NCBI GenBank assembly: GCA_964620905.1
Contig: CAZUKA010000002.1
Span: 25,496 to 89,495 of the forward strand
Direction: 5' to 3'
DNA length: 64,000 bases
DNA from: an uncultured Gammaproteobacteria bacterium
Lineage (GTDB): Bacteria > Patescibacteriota > Patescibacteriia > S139-126
Every line of letters begins with the position of its first letter. Position 1 is the stretch's first letter. Made by a program: the position numbers and the translations under genes. Of this stretch, positions 1 to 10,924 are shown in pieces. The notes beneath the pieces were generated by a model. The model saw only the letters and a program-made list of their open reading frames with translations, did no database searches and had not been told where the DNA came from.

Positions 1-995
1 TAGCAGGTATGAATTGGGTTCGAGGAATTGAATTAAAGGATGAGGTTTTAAATTTACCACCCTTACCCAACATAAAAAGTGGCCAAGTGCGTCAAGTCGA
101 TATTTTGCCAGACTATATTAAACATATTTTATCTTTTATTGATGTTAAACAGATTAAACCGTTTAAAGTTGTAGTTGATGCTGGTAATGGTATGGCTGGT
201 AAAATTGTGCCGTTGTTGGCAAAACATCTACCAATTGAGATTGTACCATTGAATTTTGATCTGGATGGCAGTTTTCCGGCTCATCCTTCAAATCCGCTTT
301 TACCGGAAAGTCAAAAGGAGATAAGCAAAAAAACAGTTGCCACCGAAGCGGATTTTGGTGTTATTTTTGATGGCGATACTGATCGACTGTTTTTTGTTGA
401 TGAGCAAGGAAAATTTATTAGAGCCGATGTCACTTTATTATTATTGGCTAAAATGTTTTTAACTAGAGAACCAGGGGCAGGTATAGTTTATAATGTAATA
501 TGTTCAAAAATAGTACCAGAGAAAATTTTAGAATGGGGGGGGCGACCTATAAAATCACCAGCAGGGTACATTAATATTGCCAATAACATGCGTTCCCAAC
601 AAGGAATAATGGGAGGAGAGCTGTCTGCTCATTATTCTTTTCGAGATAATGCTTATAGTGATTCCGGTTTTATTGCTTGGTTAATTTTATTGCAACTTTT
701 ATCTGAATATAATCAGCCTTTATCGGAAATTGTTAAACCTTTTTATAAGTATGCTAAAAACGCAGAAATTAATTTGGCTGTTAGTGATAGTGAGGAAAAA
801 ATTGAAGCCATAAAAAAATATTTTGTTGATGGTCGTCAAGATTTTACTGACGGTGTAACAGTAGAATATGCTGATTGGTGGGTTAATGTTCGACCGTCAA
901 ATACCGAACCGCTTTTACGGGTAACCGTGGAAGCAAACAATGAAGATTTACTGCGGAGAAAATCAGATTTAGTTTTAAAGATAATTGCCGGTTAA
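1..995 (+). CDS. phosphohexomutase family protein (GlmM/ManB-like), 5'-truncated by window edge
   Basis: Reading frame is open to window start. The translated region begins in domain II (KVVVDAGNGMAG) and the catalytic domain I is missing, so the N-terminus lies upstream. Domain II-IV motifs (FGVIFDGDTDR, C-terminal TEPLLRV) are present. Confidence 0.7.
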   Translation, partial: AGMNWVRGIELKDEVLNLPPLPNIKSGQVRQVDILPDYIKHILSFIDVKQIKPFKVVVDAGNGMAGKIVPLLAKHLPIEIVPLNFDLDGSFPAHPSNPLLPESQKEISKKTVATEADFGVIFDGDTDRLFFVDEQGKFIRADVTLLLLAKMFLTREPGAGIVYNVICSKIVPEKILEWGGRPIKSPAGYINIANNMRSQQGIMGGELSAHYSFRDNAYSDSGFIAWLILLQLLSEYNQPLSEIVKPFYKYAKNAEINLAVSDSEEKIEAIKKYFVDGRQDFTDGVTVEYADWWVNVRPSNTEPLLRVTVEANNEDLLRRKSDLVLKIIAG

Positions 996-1052
996 AAAAA
1001 TTAAGATGATAGATATAATAGCCCAATAAGATTTATTTTATATTTTTTAATT

Positions 1053-1925
1053 ATGATTGGAGTTTTTGATTCAGGAATTGGCGGTTTGACCGTGGTCAAA
1101 CAAATAAAAAGAATTTTACCCCAGTATGATCTGATTTATTTTGGTGATACGGCGCGCGTGCCTTATGGTAATAAATCAGAAGCCTTGATTAAACAATACG
1201 CCTTGCAGGATGCAAAATTTTTGATCAAGCATGGCGCCAAAGTGATTGTGGTTGCTTGCAATACTGTTTCAGCTGTAGCTTTAGAAAAATTACGTTCTGA
1301 TCTAGCGGTACCATTTTTTGGGGTGATTGAACCGGCTTGGCAGGCAGCAGTCGCAGCGACTGTTTCGGGGCGGATTGGTGTGATTGGTACAAGGGCTACT
1401 ATCAACTCCAATGTTTTTTTAAAACAGTTGAAAGCTATGAAGAACGATTCGCCAATTGAAGTTAATTCGGCATTAAACGAACCAGCCTTTTTGAGAAAAA
1501 ACAGAGCACTGCCCAAAAAATTAAAATTCAAGCTCAAACTGTTTTCTCAAACCGCGCCTTTGCTAGTACCATTGATTGAAGAAAACTATTTCGATAAACC
1601 AGAGACTGTAAAGATATTGAAGCAGTATCTTTATCCTTTAAAGCAAGCACAAATTGATACTTTGATTTTAGGTTGTACCCATTATCCCATTATTTATGAT
1701 TTGATTGCTAAAAAAATGAAACAGGTCAGAATTATTGATTCGGCCGCCAGTGTAGCTAGACAATTGAGTGATTATTTAGACACCAATCAAGATTTAGCTC
1801 GGAGTCTTTCGCGGCGCGGTCAAACCAGGTTTTTTGTGTCTGATTTAACTCCGCATCTGAATATTGTCGCCCGTAATTTTATGGGTAAAAGTATCAATTT
1901 AGAATCAACCGAGACAGAGTTTTGA
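1053..1925 (+). CDS. murI: glutamate racemase
   Basis: MIGVFDSGIGGLTV N-terminus, VVACNTVSAV and LGCTHYP catalytic cysteine motifs, 290 aa. Confidence 0.9.
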   Translation: MIGVFDSGIGGLTVVKQIKRILPQYDLIYFGDTARVPYGNKSEALIKQYALQDAKFLIKHGAKVIVVACNTVSAVALEKLRSDLAVPFFGVIEPAWQAAVAATVSGRIGVIGTRATINSNVFLKQLKAMKNDSPIEVNSALNEPAFLRKNRALPKKLKFKLKLFSQTAPLLVPLIEENYFDKPETVKILKQYLYPLKQAQIDTLILGCTHYPIIYDLIAKKMKQVRIIDSAASVARQLSDYLDTNQDLARSLSRRGQTRFFVSDLTPHLNIVARNFMGKSINLESTETEF

Positions 1926-2004
1926 TCCGAACAAAAAATTTATCCAACTATCTTTTTTTTCTGCGCCAGATTTGATATACTTGTCAGGTGATATTGACTG
2001 CTTT

Positions 2005-4224
2005 ATGAAAAAAAGAAAATATAATATCAATCAAAAATTAAACGCCTGGAAAGAAAGTTTTCATTTGACCGCGGAAACAAAAAAATCCATTGGCGTAGTT
2101 TTGTTGTTATTGTTGGCGTTACTTTTAATTTTAAGTTTATTTGCCAAAGCCGGACCGCTAGGGATATATTTGTTGAAGTTTTTACAATTTTCATTTGGGA
2201 AAATTTATTTTTTGATGCCTTTTTTATTTTTATTTTTTGGACTGGTGGCTATTGGTGGCCAACGTTTTGGTGTCAAAGCCAATCATTATTTTGGGTTAGT
2301 CTTGTTGTTTTTATCATTACTGGGTTTGTTGCATCTCCGTCGCGATATTTCCGCTATGTCATTTTTCAGTCTTACTGTTGCTGATGGTGGTGGATTTTTT
2401 GGCTGGTTGGTGGTTTTGCCACTTTTTAAGTTGATAGGTTTTTGGGGTAGCGGCGTGATGCTTTCGGCTCTACTTCTTATTTCTCTATTTTTGACTTTTA
2501 ACACTTCTTTCCAATCAATTTTAAATAAGTTTGATAGTTTATTTTTAGGTTGGCAAAAAATAACTTCTTGGTGGCAGCATTTTAGGCATTCTGACCGACA
2601 AGTAGTAACGACTTGGGAGAATGAGGATGATATAAATATTGAGAAGGATACAGAGACAGAAGAACCATTGTCCGAGACCGTAGATTTTTCTCGTCGTGAA
2701 TTAGAGGAGAAAAATGGCCAGCAAGCCGAACTATTATCAGTACCCAAAGCAGTGGTAAAAATAGAATTGCCCATTCAATTGTTAAATCCAACCAGAAGTA
2801 AACCAACCAGTGGTGATATTCAAGCAAATAAAGAAAAAATCAGAAAAGCCTTGCAAAATTTTGGTATTGAAGTCGAAATGGGAGAAGTGAGCGTTGGTCC
2901 AACCGTAACCCAATACACCCTGCGACCGATTGAAGGAGTAAAACTTGCTAGTATCACGGCGTTGCACAATGATTTAGCTTTGGCCTTGGCCGCTCATCCC
3001 ATCAGAATTGAGGCGCCGATTCCTGGCAAAGCTTTGGTTGGGATTGAAGTTCCCAACCAATCAATTGCTACTGTGGCTTTACGGGAGGTAGTTGACTCTC
3101 AAGAATTTAGAAACCGATCAAACAATCTAACTATTGGTTTAGGTAAAGACGTAGCTGGTAAGGTTTGGTTGGCCAGTTTGGAAAAAATGCCCCATTTATT
3201 GATTGCTGGTGCAACGGGTAGCGGTAAATCAGTTTGCATCAATACTATTATTGTCAGTTTACTGTATCAAAATAATCCGGAAGATCTACGTTTTATTTTA
3301 GTTGATCCAAAACGAGTGGAATTATCAGCTTATAATGACTTACCGTATTTGTATACACCAGTGATTACTGATGTTCAAAAAACTATCAATGCTCTGAAAT
3401 GGGCTGTGGGTGAGATGGATCAGCGTTATATCAAACTGTCACAAACTCGCCACAAAAACATTGCTGGTTACAATTTAGATTTTCCCAAGGAAAAAATGCC
3501 TTATATTATCATTATTATTGATGAGTTGGCAGACTTGATGTCAATTGCCGCTCAAGAAGTGGAGGCAGCTATTATCAGACTGGCTCAAATGGCCAGAGCC
3601 GTGGGCATTCATTTGGTACTAGCAACTCAGCGCCCGTCGGTAAATGTGATTACTGGTTTGATCAAGGCAAATATAACCACTAGAATCGCTTTTGCCGTAG
3701 CTTCACAAACTGACTCGCGAACTATTTTAGATAGCGCGGGAGCAGAGAAATTATTAGGTAAAGGCGATATGCTTTATATTTCTGCTGATATTTCCAAACC
3801 CAAACGTTTACAATCAGCTTTTGTTTCTGATGAAGAAATTGGTAGAATTACCGATTATATCAAAAAACAGACTGGTACTAGCGTTGACTATGATGAGTCA
3901 ATCACAGAAAAGAAAACAAAAAATATAAATGGTGTCGACTATGGCGGTGGCGGAGAAGATGATATGTTGGATGAGGCTAGGCATTTAGTGATTAGCACCC
4001 AAAAAGCCTCAGCGTCCTATTTGCAACGGCGTTTGCGGGTTGGTTATGCTCGGGCAGCGAGACTACTTGATTTATTGGAAGAAGAAGGAGTGATTGGACC
4101 GGGCGACGGTGCTAAACCGCGAGAGGTCTTGATTGCTCGTGACGAGTATGATTCTATCGGTCAGACTGATTTTGCCAGTGATGATTATGATCAAAATTCA
4201 GAATCAGAAGCGGAAGATAAATAA
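2005..4224 (+). CDS. ftsK: DNA translocase FtsK/SpoIIIE
   Basis: N-terminal multi-TM region, Walker A GATGSGKSVCIN, FtsK motor and C-terminal gamma-domain-like region (YLQRRLRVGYARAARLLDLLEEEGVIGP). Start chosen at MKKRKYN; the ORF track extends to 1972. Confidence 0.85.
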   Translation: MKKRKYNINQKLNAWKESFHLTAETKKSIGVVLLLLLALLLILSLFAKAGPLGIYLLKFLQFSFGKIYFLMPFLFLFFGLVAIGGQRFGVKANHYFGLVLLFLSLLGLLHLRRDISAMSFFSLTVADGGGFFGWLVVLPLFKLIGFWGSGVMLSALLLISLFLTFNTSFQSILNKFDSLFLGWQKITSWWQHFRHSDRQVVTTWENEDDINIEKDTETEEPLSETVDFSRRELEEKNGQQAELLSVPKAVVKIELPIQLLNPTRSKPTSGDIQANKEKIRKALQNFGIEVEMGEVSVGPTVTQYTLRPIEGVKLASITALHNDLALALAAHPIRIEAPIPGKALVGIEVPNQSIATVALREVVDSQEFRNRSNNLTIGLGKDVAGKVWLASLEKMPHLLIAGATGSGKSVCINTIIVSLLYQNNPEDLRFILVDPKRVELSAYNDLPYLYTPVITDVQKTINALKWAVGEMDQRYIKLSQTRHKNIAGYNLDFPKEKMPYIIIIIDELADLMSIAAQEVEAAIIRLAQMARAVGIHLVLATQRPSVNVITGLIKANITTRIAFAVASQTDSRTILDSAGAEKLLGKGDMLYISADISKPKRLQSAFVSDEEIGRITDYIKKQTGTSVDYDESITEKKTKNINGVDYGGGGEDDMLDEARHLVISTQKASASYLQRRLRVGYARAARLLDLLEEEGVIGPGDGAKPREVLIARDEYDSIGQTDFASDDYDQNSESEAEDK

Positions 4225-4225
4225 T

Positions 4226-4912
4226 ATGGTTTCATTCACAGTTCGAAAAATAAATACCCCCATCGGTGAGTTAGGAGAACTTTTGGCCAAAAAAAGACAA
4301 ATTGCTGGTTGGAGTTTGTCACAATTGAGCCGACGCTTGTCTATTGCCGAAAGATATCTAGCAGCTATAGAAGCGGAAGATTGGCAGCGTTTACCCGGTG
4401 AGGTTTATATTTTGAATTTTTTACGTCGTTATGCTTTGGCAGTCGGTTTGGATCCAGTGCGGGTAGAAAAAAAATTTCAGCAACAAAAACCAAACTTAAA
4501 TTCAAGTAGTATTCATAGTTTACAAAAAACATTACCACTGCCAGCTAGACAATTTATAAATTTACCTAAATTTGTCAGGAATTTTTTTATTTTTTCTTTA
4601 CTGTTAGTACTTTTTGGTTATATTAGCTGGCAGACTAAAGCTTATTTTACGCCTCCCCAGTTGAGGATTTTTTACCCAACTGATAACCTAATTGTAGCAG
4701 AGCCTAATATTGTTTTATCCGGGCAGACTGATTCTGAAGCAGAAGTGATGATCAATGACATTTTAACAGCAGTAAATAATGGGCAGTTTGCTGAGGAAAT
4801 AGATTTACAACCCGGCATAAACATTTTAAAAATTACTGCCACCAAAAAAAATGGACCAGCTCAAGAAGTTTTTATACGAGTTTGGTGGCGTTCAGCTAAT
4901 GAAAATAATTAA
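4226..4912 (+). CDS. RodZ-like cytoskeleton protein (N-terminal XRE-type HTH, single TM, C-terminal domain)
   Basis: HTH ([60 protein letters not shown]) matches the RodZ N-terminal pattern, followed by a TM helix. ATG lies immediately after the ftsK stop. Confidence 0.6.
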   Translation: MVSFTVRKINTPIGELGELLAKKRQIAGWSLSQLSRRLSIAERYLAAIEAEDWQRLPGEVYILNFLRRYALAVGLDPVRVEKKFQQQKPNLNSSSIHSLQKTLPLPARQFINLPKFVRNFFIFSLLLVLFGYISWQTKAYFTPPQLRIFYPTDNLIVAEPNIVLSGQTDSEAEVMINDILTAVNNGQFAEEIDLQPGINILKITATKKNGPAQEVFIRVWWRSANENN

Positions 4913-4929
4913 TAATTTATAAAAAATAT

Positions 4930-5952
4930 ATGGTAAAAAACGAAACAACTAACGATCAAAAGCACCAAGCTACCGCCAGCGCAATAGAACAAATAAAAAG
5001 CAAATTTGGTGAGGGTTCAATCATGAAATTTGGACAAGCAAAAACCATGGTGGTAGATGCAGTTTCTACTGGTTGTTTATCTTTGGATATAGCTTTAGGT
5101 GTTGGTGGTGTGCCACGGGGACGGATAATAGAAATATTTGGTCCCGAAGCTTCTGGTAAAACAACCTTAGCTCAACACATTGTTGCTGAAGTACAAAAGT
5201 TAGGTGGTACAGCTGCTTTTGTGGATGCGGAACATGCTTTAGATCCCGAATACGCACAAAAGATAGGGGTAAATGTAAATGAATTACTAATCTCACAGCC
5301 CGATACTGGTGAACAGGCTTTAGAAATTGTCGAAACCTTAGTACGTTCCAACGGAGTTGATGTTATTGTTATTGATTCAGTTGCAGCTTTAGTGCCACGA
5401 GCAGAAATCGAAGGTGAGATGGGCGATTCGCATATGGGATTGCAAGCTAGATTAATGTCGCAAGCTTTGCGCAAATTGACTGGAATCGTATCAAAGACTA
5501 AAACCGTAGTTGTTTTTATCAATCAGACTAGACAGAAAATCGGCGTTTTTTTTGGTAATCCAGAAACAACTACCGGCGGTACGGCTTTGAAGTTTTATTG
5601 TTCGGTACGAATTGAAGTTAGACGTAGTGCCCAGATCAAACAAGGTGATAAGATTATTGGTAATCGAGTCAAAGCTAAGGTAGTGAAAAATAAAGTCTCA
5701 GCTCCTTTTCGAGCTACGGAATTTGACATCATGTACAATGAAGGAATTTCCCGCGCTGGTGATATGATAGATACCGGGGTAGAGTGGGGAGTGATAAAAA
5801 AAAGTGGCAATACTTATGCTTTTGCTGAGGAAAAATTGGGAGTAGGTAGAGAAAATGCCAAGGTTTATTTACGCCAAAATACAAAATTGATGGATAAAAT
5901 ATATAGGGCAGTTTGGGATGCGGTTAAGGAAAAACGTAAAACAGAAAATTAA
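4930..5952 (+). CDS. recA: recombinase RecA
   Basis: [23 protein letters not shown] Walker A and full-length RecA similarity, 340 aa. Confidence 0.95.
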   Translation: MVKNETTNDQKHQATASAIEQIKSKFGEGSIMKFGQAKTMVVDAVSTGCLSLDIALGVGGVPRGRIIEIFGPEASGKTTLAQHIVAEVQKLGGTAAFVDAEHALDPEYAQKIGVNVNELLISQPDTGEQALEIVETLVRSNGVDVIVIDSVAALVPRAEIEGEMGDSHMGLQARLMSQALRKLTGIVSKTKTVVVFINQTRQKIGVFFGNPETTTGGTALKFYCSVRIEVRRSAQIKQGDKIIGNRVKAKVVKNKVSAPFRATEFDIMYNEGISRAGDMIDTGVEWGVIKKSGNTYAFAEEKLGVGRENAKVYLRQNTKLMDKIYRAVWDAVKEKRKTEN

Positions 5953-5963
5953 TTTTTTAAATA

Positions 5964-5995
5964 AAAAAATCGTTCCTATTGAGAACGGTTTTTTT
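5964..5995. terminator. bidirectional rho-independent terminator between recA and efp
   Basis: Hairpin cgttcctattgagaacg flanked by an A-run and a T-run. Confidence 0.7.
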
Positions 5996-6002
5996 ATTTA
6001 AT

Positions 6003-6560
6003 TTATACCCTTTCGACGTATTCGCCAGTTTCCGTATTAACTCGAATCTTGTCGCCCGAATTGATAAACATTGGTGCTTGGATTGTCAGACCATTTTCCA
6101 AAGTGATTTGTTTGGTCACTGATCCAGCTGAATCACCTCGGACACCAGGTGGCGCTTCGGTAACAGTATACTCTACTTTGGTTGGCAAAGAAATTGTGAC
6201 TGGTTTATTGTTATATAAAAGTACATCAACTTCCAGACCTTCTTTTAGGAATTTAATCATTTCCGAAATTTCATTTTTAGTTAAAGAAAATTGTTCGTAG
6301 GTTGTACCATCCATAAAATGATAACCATCACCATCAGCATATAAAAAAGCCGCTCGCCGTCTTTGAATATCCGCTTCATCGACTTTATCACCGCCGTTAA
6401 ATGATTTTTCTATCACTTGTCCAGTGATAAGATTTTTTAATTTAGTGCGCAAAGTAGCACCGCTTCGGGCTACTTTGATATGTTGAGTGAATTGTACCAC
6501 ATAAGGTGCTCCGTCTATTTCCAGTACACGCCCAAGCTTAATTTCTGACATTTCTAACAT
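6003..6560 (-). CDS. efp: elongation factor P
   Basis: 185 aa, EF-P KOW/OB domains (KLGRVLEIDGAPYVV...KPVTISLPTKVEYTVTEAPPGVRGDSA). Confidence 0.9.
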   Translation of the reverse strand: MLEMSEIKLGRVLEIDGAPYVVQFTQHIKVARSGATLRTKLKNLITGQVIEKSFNGGDKVDEADIQRRRAAFLYADGDGYHFMDGTTYEQFSLTKNEISEMIKFLKEGLEVDVLLYNNKPVTISLPTKVEYTVTEAPPGVRGDSAGSVTKQITLENGLTIQAPMFINSGDKIRVNTETGEYVERV

Positions 6561-6646
6561 AAATATAAAATCTAGAATTAAGAAAAATTAAAAAGAAAAT
6601 TAATAAATAATTTTAAGCTAAAAGTTGTAAGCTAATTACCCTAATA

Positions 6647-6874
6647 TTATCTGGTAGTGTAGGGCAGCAATGCCATGAAGCGAGCCCGTTTGATGGCTTG
6701 GGCTAGTTTTCTTTGGTGACCGGTACAAACTCCAGATTTGCGCCGCGGTACAATTTTCCCATACGAGGAAGTAAAGCGTCGGATTGACTCGGCGTGTTTG
6801 TAATCAATCACCTGAATATTGTGTAAACAAAAATAACAATTTTTTGGTTTTTCAACTGTAGTTTTTTTATTCAT
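6647..6874 (-). CDS. rpsR: 30S ribosomal protein S18
   Basis: 75 aa, CYFCLHN...SGVCTGHQRKLAQAIKRARFMALLPY. Confidence 0.9.
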   Translation of the reverse strand: MNKKTTVEKPKNCYFCLHNIQVIDYKHAESIRRFTSSYGKIVPRRKSGVCTGHQRKLAQAIKRARFMALLPYTTR

Positions 6875-6880
6875 ATGGTT

Positions 6881-7321
6881 TTAAAAAGGAATTTCATCAA
6901 CATTTATTTCTTCTTCCGCAGGATTAGTTGGGGCTGGTTGTTCGTAGTTATCGGTTTGATTGTTTCTCGTTGGTGGTTGATTTTGTCCGCCACCAATTCT
7001 ATCCAACATAATCATATTTTCGGCGACAATTTCCGTACGATACCTTTTGTTGCCTTGTTGGTCATCCCAACTGCGGGTTTGTAATCGGCCCTCGATATAA
7101 ACTTTACTACCTTTGGTTAGATACTGGGCACAAATTTCACCCAGTTTTCGCCAAGCCACGATGTTATGATATTCTACTTTTTCTTGGCGATTGCCATTGG
7201 CATCATTCCAAACCAGATTGGTGGCAACACTGAAAGTAGTAACATTGGTACCTTGGGGGGTGGTTCTTGTTTCAGGATCACGGGTTAAGTTACCTATGAT
7301 CATCGCTTTGTTGAGGTTCAT
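6881..7321 (-). CDS. ssb: single-stranded DNA-binding protein
   Basis: OB fold (MNLNKAMIIGNLTRDPETRTTPQGTNVTTFSVATN), acidic C-terminal tail DEIPF. Confidence 0.9.
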   Translation of the reverse strand: MNLNKAMIIGNLTRDPETRTTPQGTNVTTFSVATNLVWNDANGNRQEKVEYHNIVAWRKLGEICAQYLTKGSKVYIEGRLQTRSWDDQQGNKRYRTEIVAENMIMLDRIGGGQNQPPTRNNQTDNYEQPAPTNPAEEEINVDEIPF

Positions 7322-7341
7322 ATATTTAGAAAGATAAATTT

Positions 7342-7797
7342 TTAAATTTTTTCGTCAGCTAAAATTTCATCTAATTTTTTATCTAATTCTTCCAAAGAAA
7401 TTTTGTTTTGCGTATTTTCAATTTTGTTGTATTCTTTCTTTTCCCGTTTGTCCTTATCCGGTGGAGTTTGCATACGGGTTTTTTCTTTCTCTCGTTCTTC
7501 TCTACTTTTTGGTTTAGTTTTAATTATTAAAAAACGCAATAAATTTTCTTCCAATCTTAATTTTTTTTCTGTACTCACCAATTTTTCTGGAGCTAAAATA
7601 AGTTCCAAGAGAAAATAGTAACCATAACGAAGGTGTTTGACCGGGTAAGCCATCCTTTTGCGGCCAAAATTATCTTGGTAAGAAATTTCACCGTCTTGGG
7701 CAATAAAAAAATCTGTAATTTTTTTAATTACAGCTGGTACTTCATTCTCAGCTAGGGTGCCGGGAATAATACCTAAAAATTCGTAATATTGTTTCAT
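7342..7797 (-). CDS. rpsF: 30S ribosomal protein S6 with ~50-aa lysine/glutamate-rich C-terminal extension
   Basis: S6 core (MKQYYEFLGII...GRKRMAYPVKH) in the conserved rpsF-ssb-rpsR arrangement. Confidence 0.85.
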   Translation of the reverse strand: MKQYYEFLGIIPGTLAENEVPAVIKKITDFFIAQDGEISYQDNFGRKRMAYPVKHLRYGYYFLLELILAPEKLVSTEKKLRLEENLLRFLIIKTKPKSREEREKEKTRMQTPPDKDKREKKEYNKIENTQNKISLEELDKKLDEILADEKI

Positions 7798-7923
7798 AAA
7801 TTTTCCTTTGGTTCCTACCTGTGACCAATGGTCAAAGGTTGGACTGCCTGTTATTGGGCAGAGGTTGGTTAATTATTAATATTTTGGGTACAATTTAGGT
7901 ATTGATAAATTATCATAAAACCC

Positions 7924-9132
7924 ATGAAACAGTCAAGTATCAATAAATATTTTTTTATTTTAGGTAGCCATCCAGCTTTATCCGTAGCAGAAATTTTAGC
8001 TTATTTAAATACAAAAAAATGCCAATTTTCTGTTACTCAGGCTGTAAAGGACTGTCTAACAATAACTAGCAACAATATTTTATCCTCTGATATTTTACAG
8101 TTTATTGGTGGCAGTATAAAATTTGGGCAAATAGAAAAAAGTATATTTAACCAACCAACCGAAAACGATTTGATTGATTTATTGCCGCTTACCGATAAGA
8201 TATTTTTTGGACTATCATATTATTCAGATAAGTTAGATAGAAAAAATTTACCTGATTTATTGCGTCTGGGCTTGGGAGTGAAAAGAATGTTGAAAAACAA
8301 AGGTAAAAATTGCCGATTGGTTACTAGTCGACAGACAAATCTTTCGGCAGTGGTAATTAGTAAAAATAAATTGTTGAGTACTTCTGGAGTAGAAATAGTA
8401 ATTGTGGTTGCTAAGCAAGGTTATTTATTGGGAAAAACTTTGGCCGTACAACCATTTGAACAATTAAGTCAGAGAGATTATGGTCGTCCCCAGCGAGATG
8501 ATCACAGCGGCCTGTTGCCACCCAAGTTAGCTCAAATCATGTTGAATTTAAGTCAAACAATTCCTGACGAACTAATTTTAGACCCTTTTTGTGGTTCTGG
8601 TACTATACTGCAAGAAGCTTTATGGCAAGGTCGGCGGCAGATTATTGGTTCTGATATCTCAACTAAGGCAGTGGCTGATAGTAAAAAAAATTTAGCTTGG
8701 TTGCAAAGTCAGTATGGTTTGTCATTAAATGAGGTAAAATTTTTTCAATCATCAGTTAAAGAATTAACCAAGACAATAAAGTTAGAGAGCATAGCGGCAA
8801 TTGTCACTGAGCCAGATTTGGGTCGGCCGGATATTAGTCAAAAAAATTTATTAACGGAAAAAGTCAGGTTGGAAAAATTATATTTAGAGGCTTATCAAGT
8901 TTTTTTTAAATTATTGAAAAAAAGCGGCCGAGTAGTAATGGTCTGGCCGGTTTTTTTCCAAGATAATTTTTTAGATATTGAGCAGCAAGTTGAAAAGATA
9001 GGTTTTAAAAAGATTAGGCTGTTGCCGACCGAATTATTAAATATTTATAAGTTAAATAAAAGAAATAATTTACAATATGCCAGAGCAGAACAAAAAGTGG
9101 CTAGAGAAATTACTAGTTGGCAAAAAATTTAA
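7924..9132 (+). CDS. putative SAM-dependent nucleic-acid methyltransferase (UPF0020/Trm11-like)
   Basis: DPFCGSGTILQEA motif-I-like SAM-binding signature; 402 aa. Family assignment is approximate. Confidence 0.5.
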   Translation: MKQSSINKYFFILGSHPALSVAEILAYLNTKKCQFSVTQAVKDCLTITSNNILSSDILQFIGGSIKFGQIEKSIFNQPTENDLIDLLPLTDKIFFGLSYYSDKLDRKNLPDLLRLGLGVKRMLKNKGKNCRLVTSRQTNLSAVVISKNKLLSTSGVEIVIVVAKQGYLLGKTLAVQPFEQLSQRDYGRPQRDDHSGLLPPKLAQIMLNLSQTIPDELILDPFCGSGTILQEALWQGRRQIIGSDISTKAVADSKKNLAWLQSQYGLSLNEVKFFQSSVKELTKTIKLESIAAIVTEPDLGRPDISQKNLLTEKVRLEKLYLEAYQVFFKLLKKSGRVVMVWPVFFQDNFLDIEQQVEKIGFKKIRLLPTELLNIYKLNKRNNLQYARAEQKVAREITSWQKI

Positions 9133-10213
9133 ATTTTTATTAATTTTTTTATTATTGAATACATTGGGGCTGTGTGTTTATACGGTATTTTATTTTTTAC
9201 AGGTTAAAAGCCATTCCTTTTTTTATCCTGGAGTTTTGACTAGCTACAACCAATTAAAATCAGCCCAAACTATTGACAGGCAAGAAGTAGTAAATAGTCG
9301 GGAACTTATTTTTGGCGGTGATGTGATGTTATCCCGCCATGTACAAACTTTACAAGAAAAACAAGGTTCTTATTTGTCAGCTTGGGAAAATATTTATAAA
9401 AAATTTAATCAAGCTGATTTAGCAATTATCAACCTTGAATCTCCTTTTGCTAATATTGGTCCTTATCCTACCGAAGGTATGACTTTTCGAGCTAAACCAG
9501 AAAACATGAAAGCTTTACTGCAGGCTGGGATTGATGTGGTACATCTGGCTAATAATCACTTTGGCAACGCAGGTCAAGAAGGCATGGAATATACTTTAAA
9601 ATTATTAGCTGAAAATAATATTTCATTTGTTGGTGCTGGTTTAAATAAGCAAGAAGCTTATCAAGGGAAAATTATTGAAATTGAAGATTGGCGAGTTGGG
9701 GTAGTTGGACAAAGTTATGATGTACCTTGGTATGCGGTTGGAGAAAATTCTCCTGGTATTGCGGTTTATGATTTAGAGAAATTGCGTTTCGCTATTGGAG
9801 AGCTGAAGGCCAACCAAGCTGATTTTATTGTAACTATGTTTCATGGTGGGATAGAGTATACCCATACTCCCAATCAAGAACAAATAAATTTTGCTCATAC
9901 AGCCATTGAGGCGGGGGCTGATGTGGTAATTGGTCATCATCCGCACTGGATTCAGGACGCAGAAGAATATCAGGGTAAATATATTTTTTATTCTTTGGGC
10001 AATCTGATTTTTGATCAAAACTGGTCTCAAGAGACCAGTCAAGGATTGGTAGTCAGTCTAGAGATTGTTGATAATAAAGTAACTAAGGTAATTTTAAGGC
10101 CGGTTATTATTGAAGAAAATTTTCGTCCGCGCTTTACCACTTTGACTGAAAGTGAAAATATTTTGCACAACGTCAAATTACCTTTTGCTTATGAACTATC
10201 AGTTGACAATTAA
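9077..10213 (+). CDS. CapA/PGA-capsule-synthesis family metallophosphatase, membrane anchored
   Basis: N-terminal TM, GGDVMLSRHV and GHHPHW metallophosphoesterase motifs. The start overlaps the upstream gene by ~56 nt, so the start is uncertain. Confidence 0.6.
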   Translation: MPEQNKKWLEKLLVGKKFKFLLIFLLLNTLGLCVYTVFYFLQVKSHSFFYPGVLTSYNQLKSAQTIDRQEVVNSRELIFGGDVMLSRHVQTLQEKQGSYLSAWENIYKKFNQADLAIINLESPFANIGPYPTEGMTFRAKPENMKALLQAGIDVVHLANNHFGNAGQEGMEYTLKLLAENNISFVGAGLNKQEAYQGKIIEIEDWRVGVVGQSYDVPWYAVGENSPGIAVYDLEKLRFAIGELKANQADFIVTMFHGGIEYTHTPNQEQINFAHTAIEAGADVVIGHHPHWIQDAEEYQGKYIFYSLGNLIFDQNWSQETSQGLVVSLEIVDNKVTKVILRPVIIEENFRPRFTTLTESENILHNVKLPFAYELSVDN

Positions 10214-10261
10214 TCCAATACTAAGTAAGATACTCTAATTAATAATTTACAGGAGGTAATT

Positions 10262-10804
10262 TTGAGTTCTTTTAAAAAAAATATTCCCAATTTATTGAGT
10301 TTATCTCGTATTTTTCCTTTTACACTATTACTAGTTTATGTTATCACTCTGGGTGATAAATGGTTATTTTCTTTGGTGGCAGTTTTTGCTTCGTTAACTG
10401 ATTGGCTTGATGGTTATTTGGCCAGACGTTGGCAAGTGGTTTCCCAATTAGGTATTATTTTAGATCCTATTGCCGATAAAGTTATTATTGGCGCTGGTGT
10501 TATTGCCTTATATGTTTTGGCTTATGTACCTTTGTGGTTGTTGCTAACCATTATTGTCAAAGATTTTTTTATATTGTTGGGAGGGTTGTTACTAACCTAT
10601 AAGTACACAATCGAAATTCCGCCGTCCAATTGGTCGGGAAAATCTGCAACCGTCATAATCACTATTACCTTGTTTTTACATTTTTATTTTTCTAGTGATG
10701 ATTTATTAGTTTTTCAGTTAATGACAGTTCTAAGTGTAGTAGTAGTTATATTCAATTATTCTCAAAGATTTTTCATTTTGAAGAATCATTTGTCAGGGGT
10801 CTAA
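10262..10804 (+). CDS. CDP-alcohol phosphatidyltransferase family protein
   Basis: DGYLARRW...LDPIADK signature and multiple TM helices. TTG start 7 nt after a GGAGG RBS. Confidence 0.75.
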   Translation: MSSFKKNIPNLLSLSRIFPFTLLLVYVITLGDKWLFSLVAVFASLTDWLDGYLARRWQVVSQLGIILDPIADKVIIGAGVIALYVLAYVPLWLLLTIIVKDFFILLGGLLLTYKYTIEIPPSNWSGKSATVIITITLFLHFYFSSDDLLVFQLMTVLSVVVVIFNYSQRFFILKNHLSGV

Positions 10805-10824
10805 ATTTAGACCTCTTTTTATTA

Positions 10825-10853
10825 TTGACAAATTGGCAAAAAAGGTGTATAAT
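10825..10853 (+). promoter_or_regulatory. consensus sigma70-type promoter (TTGACA-17 bp-TATAAT) driving the DGR target gene
   Basis: Perfect -35 TTGACA, 17-nt spacer and perfect -10 TATAAT. An 8-bp inverted repeat (ttggtaaa/tttaccaa) follows in the leader. Confidence 0.7.
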
Positions 10854-10924
10854 GAATGGTTGGTAAAATAAATAATTGTCTTTACCAACAAGTACTTTAT
10901 CAAAAATAAAGAAAGGAACTGCTC

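Noticed and set aside
1163-1537. 124-aa minus-strand ORF inside murI, with similar antisense ORFs inside ftsK (2286-2967), recA (5066-5810), capA (9773-10042), glyA (19705-20265), elp3 (22034-22865), ABC exporter (32937-34016), RT-downstream and pnp (61092-63061)
   Set aside because: All lie wholly inside strongly supported genes on the opposite strand and lack motifs. They are treated as spurious.
6875-7084. 69-aa plus-strand ORF overlapping ssb
   Set aside because: Antisense to the conserved ssb OB-fold region.
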